DNA of 63,819 bases, filler included, from Choristocarpus tenellus KU-1152 (Eukaryota; Protista; Phaeophyceae): NCBI GenBank assembly GCA_964200185.2. It is 12 parts of 12 records of this genome, joined end to end, with 100 filler letters (N's around TTAATTAATTAA, not from the genome) between each part and the next. Parts side by side here need not be neighbours in the genome. Positions count along the whole stretch, not along the records: positions 33,588 to 41,725 come from CAXNAD020005093.1; positions 41,826 to 47,969 come from CAXNAD020008840.1; positions 48,070 to 52,115 come from CAXNAD020016502.1; 9 more parts are not named here. One strand, written 5' to 3'. Shown piece after piece: positions 39,201-50,943 of this stretch. How positions within the stretch are numbered: the stretch's first letter is position 1; each line of letters begins with the position of its first letter. A program made the translations under genes and the position numbers. The notes beneath the pieces are model-generated. The model did not search any database, had not been told where the DNA came from, and worked only from the letters and a program-made list of their open reading frames with translations.

Positions 39201-41676
39201 ATGGCCAAGCAGGGCCTCGTACCCCTCTGGGTGTCCTTGGCAACGTGCTTGCTGGCGTTGGGCGAGCTAGGACTAGCTTTTCTCGCCCCTGTGACTTCTA
39301 TACATTGTCAGGGCAATACGTTTGCCTCTTCCAAGGTGAGAGTTCAACTTCATGCGTGCCATGTCTACGAGCCAAGTGCATGTGTCGATAGACACCTCCC
39401 CACTCTTTAGAATTGAACCCGAGCGTGCCTCGCCACTGTCCGCTCACTACCTACATGCACGTGAAAACTCCCCTGAGTCCTGCAGCACAATAATACATAC
39501 GGGGTGGATTCCTTCCCGACATGTGACCTCACCTAGAGTTGTCCTGTCGTCCTCACATGTCACCCACTCAACAACCCTCAATACAACTTATCTCCTTTCG
39601 ATCTAATCTTAATGCCCATCCCTCTACAATAAAAGGATTCGATGTGTCGAGTGTGCTGTGCAGGAGCGACCGGGGTCGAGGTGGAGGGAGGAGTTGATGC
39701 AACAGCGACAGGAGCTATCGAGGTGCGACACACGGTTCATGACCAATCTGTCACTACAGTACCAAGGAACTGCTTCGAATGCAATTGACGCGGTATGCTC
39801 ATTGCTCTACGTGTGGTTGATCTTGATGCAGATACTGTTGGGGCATGATGATAAGAGGTAGCTGCAATCCGTATCCAAGCCATGCAGAAAATCTTGCACT
39901 AGGTCACCAATCAGGTGGCGAAGTAACAACTGAGGCTAAGAATTGTGTGTGTGCATTGACAACTCGAACGCTTGAGCTTAGCTACTTTACTTCATGTTGT
40001 AATTGGCCAGTTTTGTATCGGTTTAGTGGCTGCACCTGGTATGAGATATCCTTGTTCGAGATACTCTGGTGGTTTGAGGGATGTTGCTTGCAATGGATGA
40101 AAAGGTGAGGATGACCGACAGTACTTTCATGAAGGAAGGCCCAACCCATTGTCCAAAGTATGTATTGATATGCTTAGACAACATGCATGGCAGTCGGTCA
40201 GTCATGGCAATTGAGCCTCCAGATGCTACACAACTCAGCAGAGCTCCTTGGCCAAGGTGATGCCGCACTAAGTATCTTGCACAAAGGCACATCTGGACCT
40301 CCTGGTACTTGTCTTGCCTATGTTCGATGTGGAAGGGTGTGATGGTCTCACAAGAGACACTCTATGCTTGAACTTGCAAAGCAAAAATGCTATTCCCTAC
40401 TCACCATTGTGATCTCAGGAGAACATTCCACTAAGTTTCGTTAACACGGTGAAAAGGCTTACTATAGGCCCTGGGTTCAAATCCCTCCATAGCAAGAACG
40501 TATGGTTTTATCTGAAAGATAGTTAACTGGTGGGAGTACTTCAACACAGGCGCCAGTGGGGTGAACCACTTTGTGTGTGCTGGTCACTGAAGGGAGAGGC
40601 CAGACTGGACCTGTTGGGTACAACCTGTTAGGTACCTTCATGTGGCCTTGTTCAAGGCAGGAGGAGGGATTAGCCCTGATCAGGCAGTCTTGGATATTGT
40701 GGGAGATGAATATCGACATGCCTCGCTTCTTTTTTTTTCAACTCTAGGGTGTATCGAGTAGCCTGCCCAACTGTACTGCAAGAAGAGCTCTCTTGTCAAT
40801 TTCTCGCAGAGACCCAGTACTATCCGTAAGATATTTTTATTATTATAAGAACATGAACAAGAACATGAACAAGAAAATGTCCTTTCTTGTCGTCGTTTGG
40901 GAGATTATTTCGGCAGCCCTTTCCCACTCTTGTGCAAGTGGTCCTTACTATATATAAATCAGCAGCAGTACTACACCGTCTCCAGATTGACCTGCTAGTA
41001 AGTTATTTGTTGGAGTGACTAGTGGGCACCGATTTTGGTCATACATCCAGAAGGGATCACTGATGCATCCAGAAATTTGACTGCTATTTGGAGCGGCACG
41101 CTAAGAACTCCATACATACTGTCATACTTTCACTACTACCGTGTGCAAAAAGAGTATCTCCTGTTGTCGGTCTCTCACCTTTTTATTCTCATTTTTATTA
41201 GCAGAGATCAATGATTTCCAGGATTTAGCCGTACTACTAGGTAGGTAGGCAACCTACAAAAAAAAAACTCAATTTCTGTTTTTTTATTTATTCTTTTTCT
41301 TCTACTTCGGTCGTGCTTGACCGGTGCCTTTCTCACTGCTGATTGAAGGGGTGTGAATCATTGAGGTATGTACGCCTGCCATGAATGGAAACCTACCTCT
41401 CTTTTTTCTTATTCTTCTACTGTTCCTGTCCCTCTTCGCCCCTCCCTGCAGGGGGGATTGCTATCGCCGCTTGATAAAAGCAATGGGGAGGCTGGTGGAG
41501 AAGGGGAGGGTGTTGTTACTGAAGGAGATGTCAGTGATGCCTCGGGGAGGCGGGCATGGCAAGCGCCTACAGGGGAGATAGATCGGAGGAGGAACTTTGC
41601 CATCATCTCACACCCAGATGCAGGCAAAACTACCCTAACAGAGAAGCTCCTGCTCTACGGGGGGGCCATTCAAGAG
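39201..41676 (+). CDS. prfC: Peptide chain release factor 3, plastid-targeted precursor (first three exons 39201-39335, 39664-39792, 41452-41676)
   Basis: [34 protein letters not shown] is the RF3 N-terminal signature; all three exons are phase 0 with GT-AG; exon 1 is a hydrophobic signal peptide ending GLA-FLAP. Linking exons 1-2 to exon 3 is inferred. Confidence 0.88.
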
Positions 41677-44373
41677 GTGTGACATTTTTTAGGAAGTCCA
41701 ACACATCTTGGGGAGGGGGTGGGGGNNNNNNNNNNNNNNNNNNNNNNNNNNNNNNNNNNNNNNNNNNNNTTAATTAATTAANNNNNNNNNNNNNNNNNNN
41801 NNNNNNNNNNNNNNNNNNNNNNNNNGCATCTGGGGTCTTATTCATATAAAAAGGAAGAACAGAGATTGCAACAACAACAATGTAGAAAGAGGAACACAAG
41901 GTAACAGTGGAACGCACTTGACGAAAGTTCCAAAGCAACTTGGATGACGGGTGCTATGATGTTCCTGTGTGTGATATGGATCAACTGAATATCAACTGAT
42001 GCTATGCTTCTATCTACTGTCATCGATGCGATAATGAGTTGGAATGCGCAATAATTAAATGAACACTAACAACCAGTGCAGTGCACCAATCAACTGTCAG
42101 TATAAGCCGGTAGTATGTGTATCATATCAACAAGAAACAAATGAATAGCCTATGTTTTAACACTTCTTGCATGCTTTTCCCCTCTTTGTGTGAAATATGT
42201 GACATGTGGTGAGTGATGTTTTTTTGGGCTCGGTGAACCGGATACGACACAGTTTTTGTTTTGTGGGTACTGTACATCCACCTTTAGGTTCTTTCCTTCG
42301 CTTCATTATTTTTTCTTCATTCTTGCAACATCTTTTCATTTTTTGTTTTTATAGTACCTGTCATATTTCTCAAGCAGTGTCTATTACTTGATTTTGATAA
42401 CTTTTTCGTTCAAAGGTCTGGGATCACTGCCATTAATGCCAGCAATACTATATAAATCAAGAATAATGCTGATAATGATTGAAATTATAACAATGATGAA
42501 ACCAACAGATAGGATATGATTGGTGCACAACCCGTTGAGGTTGCGATGGGAATTGGACCATCGAAACATTGCTTTCAAATAGAGTCTAGCACCGATGGGT
42601 TTCAAACACGCGAAATTCACGCAGACCTCCTTTACCACTTTACCCTTCAGGACTCTCCAGAGACGTTACAACTCTAACCTTTGACTTACAAAACCTACAC
42701 GCTAACTGAACCATATCTCCCTGATTCCTATGCGCTAATTGTGTACGCATCACAAAGCTGGAATGAGGTGGCAGGGCTTCATTGTGCATCTGTGTCGAGG
42801 CAAGAATTGCACAACAAGATCTGAGAGAATGGGGGGGGTAGTAAGAGGTGAGACGACCGAACCCAATGCGCAAGAAGCAAAACATACACAATGCATTGAA
42901 ACTATACAATAGTAGTGTCAGCTTACTTTAATTGTGCCTTTATTGAGAAGTAAAAAAGTGTCTACTGTGTTTAGCCATGGGTCTTGCTAATACCTGGACT
43001 AAAATAAAGACAATGCTTACATAAATATTAACACAATTTCGAACAACAGTGAAGATGTCTACGTTTGCTAAAAATACACTACCAACTCTGACAATTTGTA
43101 GACTCGTCAAAATGACATACTCCAACAGGATGAATCAGGTTAAGAGGTGATTACGAACGAGTTTCTCGTGAAGAGTAGGCCATGTTCCGTATTTCAATGT
43201 CAGCAATCAAGCACAACCCTAGGGTGAGTCACAATGGAGAGACCTTCCTACTGAAGTCGGTACAATCCATTAGACGAACACAACTCGATACGTCGCATTG
43301 ACACCTTTGTCTACAATACGACTTCGTCCCTTCATTAGACACCTTGTTTTTTAGCAAGTGTAGACATCATCATGGTCGTTCAAAAAGCACCCCTTTTTTT
43401 TTGTACGCTCACAATCTGTAACGCACTTGCTAAAATTGTAGTGTTTAGAGTATCTAGTAATTCAGAGTCTGAGACATATTGTTACGCCTACTCAAATAAA
43501 CCGCGTTCTGAATGGTGAATAGACTTACAAATATATAATGTGTTGCATTGCTCATAAATCTGGAAAAATTAATTAGCCTTGTCTTAGTCTTCAATCATTG
43601 TTCTCCTCCTCAACCAACATCAAACTACTTCTTCCTTACCACACCACCCTCCGTAACACTATTATTGTAACCCCACAAACTCTGCGGCCAATTTCAGCGA
43701 ACCCACTCCCTCACAATCCTCCCGAACCGCTCTACCCCCATTCATGACACTCCACCTTCCTCCACAACACTGTACACCATACCACAACACCCTACGCCAC
43801 TCCACAATACTCCACATTAATCCAAGAACAGTCCCCAATCATCCACTCCCATACCGTGGCTTTGCACTAGAAGGCATCTACCCTGGTCAAGCTTGATCTC
43901 CCCCCCTCCCCCAACATTCACTTGATCGTGAGCAATCGAGAGGGTGAACAGGCGGGAGAGATTGCTCAGAGGTTCCCTTAACCCTGTCGCTTCATACCTC
44001 CTTACTCCGCATTTGACTTCATGGAACCTCTCGTTTTGCCTAAGTCCTTCTTGGCTCTGTTCTCCTACCATTCATTTACCTTTAAGTTCTTGATTATACG
44101 ATCTGCCTCACAGCCTTCCAGTCATCCAGCCATCCACTCTTTTAATTTTCCGTCTACCCTCCTCATCTTTTTCTTCTTCTCTTGCAAAGACTCGGGTTCG
44201 TGTACGTATCTATCACTGCAAATTCTCGCAAAACTTTCATTAATTCATAAGCTTTCCCTTAATGTGCATATCGTTTTACATAATAAAAATATTGCTTGTT
44301 TATGTATGAAAATAATATTGAACTGTGTTACATGAGATGCAAGAGGACAAATGTACAAACTAGGCAAAACAGA

Positions 44374-44446
44374 GACCAGAGGCGAGACTTGAACTCGCGA
44401 TCTCCTCTACCCTAGAATGTAATCTTACAATCTAGACCACCCGGGC
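44374..44446 (-). tRNA. Degenerate tRNA-Pro(AGG)-like sequence (pseudogene)
   Basis: GCCCGGGTGGTCTAGATTGTAAGATTACATTCTAGGGTAGAGGAGATCGCGAGTTCAAGTCTCGCCTCTGGTC: A box, perfect T arm GCGAG-TTCAAGT-CTCGC, 73 nt; anticodon stem is mispaired. Confidence 0.6.
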
Positions 44447-47400
44447 ATTCGAAAAAATGATTTATAAATATATTCTAATATATTATCACAATATTGTCAC
44501 ATTTAGGAAATAACCAATATCAATGGCTTGTTTATAATAACGAAGCAAAATATAGAACTGGGTACACCACAAACACGTGAACTCTGTATTTTATGGGATA
44601 AAAAAATCAAATAATATACTGCAGAACCTGTGCTTCCACGTTACTATTTCAGTCCTGAGTACATACACACTTTGCTGTAAGCGAAGAGATGGATTGACCG
44701 GCCCTTGATATATACAACGTGTATGGAGTGAGTTAATGAGCTAGATTTAATTTCAATTAATTCGTGTTGTAAATATTGTAGTGTTGTGAACCGAAAATAT
44801 TTCCGGTCAAAATTATATCGACTAGAAGATTTTCGATGAACTTACTTAAACTGTTGGAACACGAGCCAAAAAGGCCCCAGTTAGAACAGGACCCTTTTGG
44901 AAACCCGAAATCTCGACTTACCCTATCCTGCTCTCTCTCTTCAATGCCAGAAGTATGATTTCCTGTAGTATCTGAGGTGGAATATCTGTATCTTTTATTC
45001 ATGTCTTGCTCTTAAAGAAGGTCCAATAGTGTATGTGGTTGGAGGGGTTGACGGTGAAGAGCAAAGGTGGATAATTTTTAATTTCCCCTCATGTATGTTG
45101 CTATTATACTTAGTTCAATAGTAGGCATAAGTTAGGGTCATATAATTCTTATGATATCGTTGAAGGAGAGAAGGTACATCCATTCAAAGGGTGGTATATA
45201 ATATTATGCCCTCTGATGTTTTGCAGATGTTTCTGGGGAAAAGTCAATTCCATATCATAAGAAAACCCCCGTAAAAGTAACAGCTGTCGTAAATGCAAAA
45301 AAATTCTTTCTAAAACGGTGTATCAGTTCTTTGTGTTTTCTGAAAAAGTATACTAGGAGATTATATGTGAACAACTGAACTTTTTCATGAATCTCGGCTA
45401 TTCTCAACAAATTGGACTGAAGCAAATTAAACAATCAGGGTATGTAACACTAGAACCATGATGCTTCAAACAATTTGGTTAGTTTCAACTGGAAGTAATT
45501 CAGATGGTAATCAAAATATCTTAGACAAGCTGATTCTTTGATTGTGTCCATGAATGCTGCATAATAAACTTTGAACTTCCTCGAAACGCTTGGGGTTTCG
45601 TTACAGGCACCCTATGTCGCTTTGTGCTCTGTGCACCTCACCTCCCACGTCGTGCACACTCTTCAATCAAATCAAGTTCACAAATTGAATTGCTTCAAGC
45701 CGGTTGACAAATAATTAATTCCTTCCATAAGCAGCATCAATGTTTTAGTTGCAGACAGAGAACCCAAAATCTACGTTTCAGTAGGTTCCTAGTACATTAT
45801 GCCAACCGGCCATGAATAGGATGTAACTAGTATTTCTGTATCGATTATTTTGATGCGTGATGGTACAATTTCTGGATTACATGGAAACTTACATTGTTGA
45901 TGGTTAGGGAGCAGAGGATTTAAATGGAAGGGGACTATAGAGGTGCTCCTGCACCAAATTGTCCATTGACAGAAAAAAGCACACCAGATCAGTTACAACA
46001 GCACAGGTATTCTACTACTGTCAAAAGGTGAGTAGAGGAAATCGACGTACACAAATATTGAAAGTCATAATCACACGAAACGGTAAATGAAATGAAAAAT
46101 AAAACAAGCTGAAAAGTCCATGGAGTTAGGAGACGTACCAACACATACAGACATTACTCACAATCAATGATAAGTTTTGGAGATTATAACTGATGCAGTC
46201 AGCAACGACAAAGTCCCATGGGAATCAGAGTAAAATCCTGCCTGCATCCTTTCAAACACCACTAATCTCATGCACCAAAAAAATTAATACTAGAACCAAT
46301 AAAAGGAACCAACAAAATGAGTAACATTCAACAAGCAGTAGTGGATCAAAATCAGGTCTTGTCTCGGTAAAGATTTCACACCTGGGTACGGTGACAGCAA
46401 TTATGGGAAATTCATGGTATGGTGAGGTAGGTTCTAACATTTACTTTTTGCACGGTATAGAAATGCCTATTTTGGAAACGTTATGGTGCGGTATGGTCAG
46501 GTCTACCACAACACAAATGGAATAGTACGTAAACAGTAATTTTTGGAAACACCACAGTACTTCGCTACGGTTTTTCCATGATTTTCCAAGGTGTGATGAT
46601 ATTTGGACAGTATGGTGCAAATTTTACAGTTGTTCCGTGGCATTTCATTGTAGTTGAGGTATCTACCATGAGTCACACTCCTACACAATCTGGTGGCCCC
46701 TTCTCGTGATATGCTAGCGGACCGTTGCCAAATTGACATCAAACACATACTCCTACAACGCCGAAATCTTGGTAGGACCTCCATGTTACAGCACGCTCCA
46801 TAGCGTACCTATACGGGATGTATAGCTCCAATCCACAGGCCTATAGATGGCGCTAATGCCTGTACAGGACTCCCGAGATACTCCGACAGTCAAGTCCAAC
46901 GAGGATGGTGAATATCGGGTTAGCAGATGAAGGTATACTTTGAGTCAATGGGAAGGTACGGCAAATAAGTATCAAAGTGAAAGCTGGGGTGCTTTCATCA
47001 ATCAATCTACTTATTCAAGTTTACAGACGCCGCAATAAATCTGAAAACTGTTGCTTTATTCTGAAGTGCAGATCTTAATCCGCAACTTTAGCAAATCGGA
47101 GTTCCCCCTTTTGAGGTTCCACACGCGTGTACACTGCTCGTGTTGATTAGAGCACGAGGAGAAATACTTACGCTATTCACCTGTAATACTACCACCAGAT
47201 TAGATCTGGACATTTGAAACCTTCCACTGTTCGTGCATGAAAATACTATTCAGAAATGACCATGACAGAGTGGTAGGGTGAATGGAACATTGAGCATGAG
47301 TGTGAGTGTGAGATTGTGTGTTTTTATTTGGAGGCATGGGGAGTGATAAGCCCACTTTGTTGTCGCTGGTGGAGAACGAATAGAGATCAATGGTGGAGCG

Positions 47401-47844
47401 GAGTTATATCATGACAGCTTTCTGGAGTAAATTATGCACCAGATCATGAATAGGCTGTGTAATCTCTGACGTTATGCAGCAGATACCCTCTCCTCTAAGA
47501 ACAGGTGAACACTGAGATCCGAACACTTGCTCTCGATGATTGGGAACAGGACATTATTGTGTCATTGGTTAGCTAGGACAAGGCTCAACCTATGGACACA
47601 TTTACCTAGCAAAACACAACCTGTCATACAAAGGGGCATGATCTATTCGACACTGCAATCAGTTTCACCATTCTTCCTCTCACCACTTAATGATGGCCTG
47701 ATCCTTCTCTCACTCTTTGACAACCATAACGCTAGCCTCAATCACCTCCTTGGGCTGCTGTTGCTCGTGCAACTGGTTCAGATGAACAATGAGCCCAGAT
47801 GTGACGCTCTTGGAGGTGTGATTGAGGGGATGTCCACTCTCCGT

Positions 47845-47969
47845 GAGCCAAAGTATCTTAGAGGGTAGAGCCGTGTCCATTTGGAGGTCAAAATCCAATG
47901 TTGCAATTTTGATGTAAGAGTGAAAGTATCTTAGAGGGTACGAGTTTTGCCCTGTTTGTCCATTTGGGG
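47845..47969. mobile_element. MITE family B left end (47845-47917) joined to an inverted family-B copy (47918 onward)
   Basis: GAGCCAAAGTATCTTAGAGGG...GATGTAA then GAGTGAAAGTATCTTAGAGGGTACGAG. Confidence 0.85.
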
Positions 47970-48656
47970 NNNNNNNNNNNNNNNNNNNNNNNNNNNNNNN
48001 NNNNNNNNNNNNNTTAATTAATTAANNNNNNNNNNNNNNNNNNNNNNNNNNNNNNNNNNNNNNNNNNNNGGGGGGGTCTACACCACGGCGTCCATTTGGA
48101 CCAAAATCAGGAAAAGTACCTTTACATTATCCATCCGGTGTGTAACAGTATGTTTGTGAGATCAGGAACCGATTATGAGATAAGGAATGAGAAATATTTT
48201 GAAACCATCCTGCACGCCACCGATCAATTTCAGTGTGAAAGCTTTCAAATGGTCAGATTCTTGAAGTTGTTGATTTTTTGGAGTGAAAGCTTGCGAACAC
48301 AAGAGGGAGAGCTCATCGATATTTTTGTGAAAAAGCTTTCAAATCGCCAAAAATTATAAGCTGTTACTTGTGGAGTGAGAGCTTGCAATCAGCGAAAGAA
48401 AAAGGGGATAACCGATATTTTTGTTAATAAAGCGTTCAGACGACCAACTGATGATGGGAAGTCGGTAGTAGTAGTGGTTTGAAAGCTTGCGGTGAGCATC
48501 CATATTTCACAATTGAGTGGCAGCAGTTCCTTGCATGAAGTATAAACGACGAATGAAACCACGTTCCATGTAGTATGTCAAATATTCTGAGTGTTTGCTT
48601 TTTCACCCACCCCCTCCCTGTCATATATGTCAGCGTAATTTGTGTCCTCTCCATTG

Positions 48657-49202
48657 TTATGATTCCTCTTCATCTTCATCCTCGTCATCCGAACTTTCCG
48701 AACCACCTGCCCTACTTCCTGGAAAGAAATACTTATGCAGCAATTCCTCTCCTGCTACGATGTCTCTAGTTAGCCTGAACTTCAGCGTGTTAGGTGGGTA
48801 ACTCAGTGCTTCCCAGAGTGGGCCTTTCCGTGCTCTTGCTCCCCCATCCCTTCCCCCCGTCGATCCCTTCTCAAGACTCCAATTTGTGGGGATAAACTTC
48901 GAGTGCCGTTCAACATTCGCCTTCTCCAAGTCCGCCCTACATGAGTTCATGAGCGACAAAAAGAGGCAACGTGGTGGCACTAAAAACAGTGCGGCGTGCG
49001 GCCGCGACACTTCACCGCCTACACACATAGAAGCCACATCATTCGTCACCATGTACCGAGGAACGCCATCAGTCACGATGGCGTCATGAACCAAATTCTC
49101 CGTATCGTACACTACGAAGGTTCCGAAGCAAGAAATATCTATGAAGTCCCCAGCCTTGATGTCCTTCACCGCAAATAGCCCGACGCCATGAGTATCAGAC
49201 CC
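48657..49202 (-). CDS. SET-domain lysine methyltransferase, terminal exon
   Basis: Acceptor TTTTCACAG, then GSDTHGVGLFAVKDIKAGDFI...LMNSC..ANV...FRLTRDIVAGEELLHKY and an acidic tail; no stop in 181 codons. Confidence 0.88.
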   Translation of the reverse strand, partial: GSDTHGVGLFAVKDIKAGDFIDISCFGTFVVYDTENLVHDAIVTDGVPRYMVTNDVASMCVGGEVSRPHAALFLVPPRCLFLSLMNSCRADLEKANVERHSKFIPTNWSLEKGSTGGRDGGARARKGPLWEALSYPPNTLKFRLTRDIVAGEELLHKYFFPGSRAGGSESSDDEDEDEEES

Positions 49203-49555
49203 CTGTGAAAATGTCAGAAAATATCAGGAAAAACGCGGGTGGGTGGAAAGGCGTAACAGCGAAGAGAGCTCGTAAGTAGTGAGATACCATGGTTGCGATG
49301 ATCAGTCGACAACTAGACAGAAACGTTCCACACACGGTTCACATACAAGCTGAAAACTGAACCTGACAAGATTGTTGACTCTGCCTACCTTCTATCGCCT
49401 GGAGGACAGCACACACCAATCAATGTCAAATGGCATGCATGTATTAGCCAACACTGCTTGCTAGAAGAACCTCAATTGAGTGACTTACGATACAGCCACA
49501 ACAAACAAGCCCTCACATCCGTATGTGAGGTTTAACCGTCCCTCAATGTGCATAC

Positions 49556-50943
49556 CTTTATCTTGAGGTCCTTGGATGCAGCGGCCTTCTGTGCCACCTG
49601 CCGGGCGGGGGAACCATCCGATTCTTCTTGTCTGGACGCCATGTCATCAAGCACCGTGCGTGGAACGTTCGTCTCCGGAATGTTTACCGGCTGGAGGCGC
49701 CCTCCCACCATTTTCTGGGGCTGGTCAGCAGTCAGGATCTTCGACCATAGTCCTGTCTTGGTGGCATGATCGCAAACACTAACCAGGTTATCCGTAACGG
49801 CTTGGAGCCTCGAAAGTTCGGGCACGAGGGCGACGAGCGTCCGCCCAGCTTTCAGCACCACCCGCGAAAGCTCGCTGTCTCGATCATACTACTGCTTCTC
49901 AATCCCCAACTTCCATCTAGTATGCATCGTAAGACATGTATGTGTGTTGAACACCGAGCGAAGTCGCCTACTGCAACTTAGTTTTTGTTGGTGTGTATAA
50001 AAAAATATCCATACTTTCACTGCTTCTCCGAGCAGGTTCTTCGGCAGGGGGGCCAGCTTCATACCCACACCAGTGATGGAATGAGGGGATGTTGCAGGAG
50101 GTATTGGGGTACAACAAAAACCAACCGTGGGCCAAACAAGGCAAATAAAGCAAAACGCACATTCCAAGATGTGTGTGGCAAGGACCAAATAAAGCAGAAG
50201 CAAAACACAACTCGCGAGACGCGGGGCACAATGAACCAGTTCTATTCTCGTCGAGACTGCTGTATGCTGTTATATCTCTGGTACTTTGCCATGGCGATGA
50301 ATATATCTACAGGTGCAACAGCAGTCGATCAAACTCTGCCGCAATACACCAGCCACAACAACAACCACACTGACTGACTGCTGTCCTACACAACACTGCT
50401 GCTGTTGCTGCTACACAATACATCAGGCACATGGTCTCATTTTCTTCTTGCTCCCAGCTGTACAGCAGTGGTAGTAATAGGAGACACCAAAGGTGACATA
50501 TGTATATATATATTGTTCGCAACAAGCTTTTGAGGGAGAGAGAGGAGAGAGGAGAGCGATTTTCTACAGCAGCAGTGATCTTGCACCAGACAGACTAGGA
50601 GAAAGCAAGAGAGAGGAGACCCAACCAAAGTTTACACACCCGCCCTGCTTCACAATCGAAGCCTCTCACTGCTGTTCAGCGCTTGGATCCCTCTCCGCGT
50701 ATACAACTTTGTGCATTACGTTTTTGCCTGAAAATTCATGCTGAGACTCCCGATTACAATAATACTAGTAAATACTTGATTCACATCAAACCTGCCGATG
50801 AAATACCGCTCAAGCAGCGCTTTCAAGCCGCCTCCGGAGGCCACGTTGGGCTGCTGCTGCTGCTGCTGCTGCTGTTGAGAGGGCAAGGCAGAAGCGGGCC
50901 GCTCCGACGATCCCTCAGCGGACCTTTCTTGGGTGGAAGGCAT
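49556..50943 (-). CDS. Upstream exons of the element's gene (about 50943-50792, ?-50015, 49888-49556), unknown N-terminal region
   Basis: MPSTQERSAEG...polyQ...ERYFIG then CAG|GTTTGA; ...LLGEAVK|GTATGG; 333-nt phase-0 exon YDRDSELSRVVLKAG...DLKIK|GTATGC; some junctions unresolved. Confidence 0.55.

Noticed and set aside
40460-40500. tRNA gene at GGTTCAAATCC
   Set aside because: Only a B-box-like motif; no cloverleaf can be built. At most a decayed SINE head.
41452-41676. Bacterial contamination suggested by prfC
   Set aside because: The RF3 motif is bounded by a polypyrimidine-CAG acceptor and a GT donor within a contig carrying eukaryotic genes and MITEs.
48096-48359. Duplicated ORF SMFVRSGTDYEIRNEKYFETILHA (also 51739-52095)
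   Set aside because: It is the TIR translated from both ends, starting in MITE sequence; not a gene.
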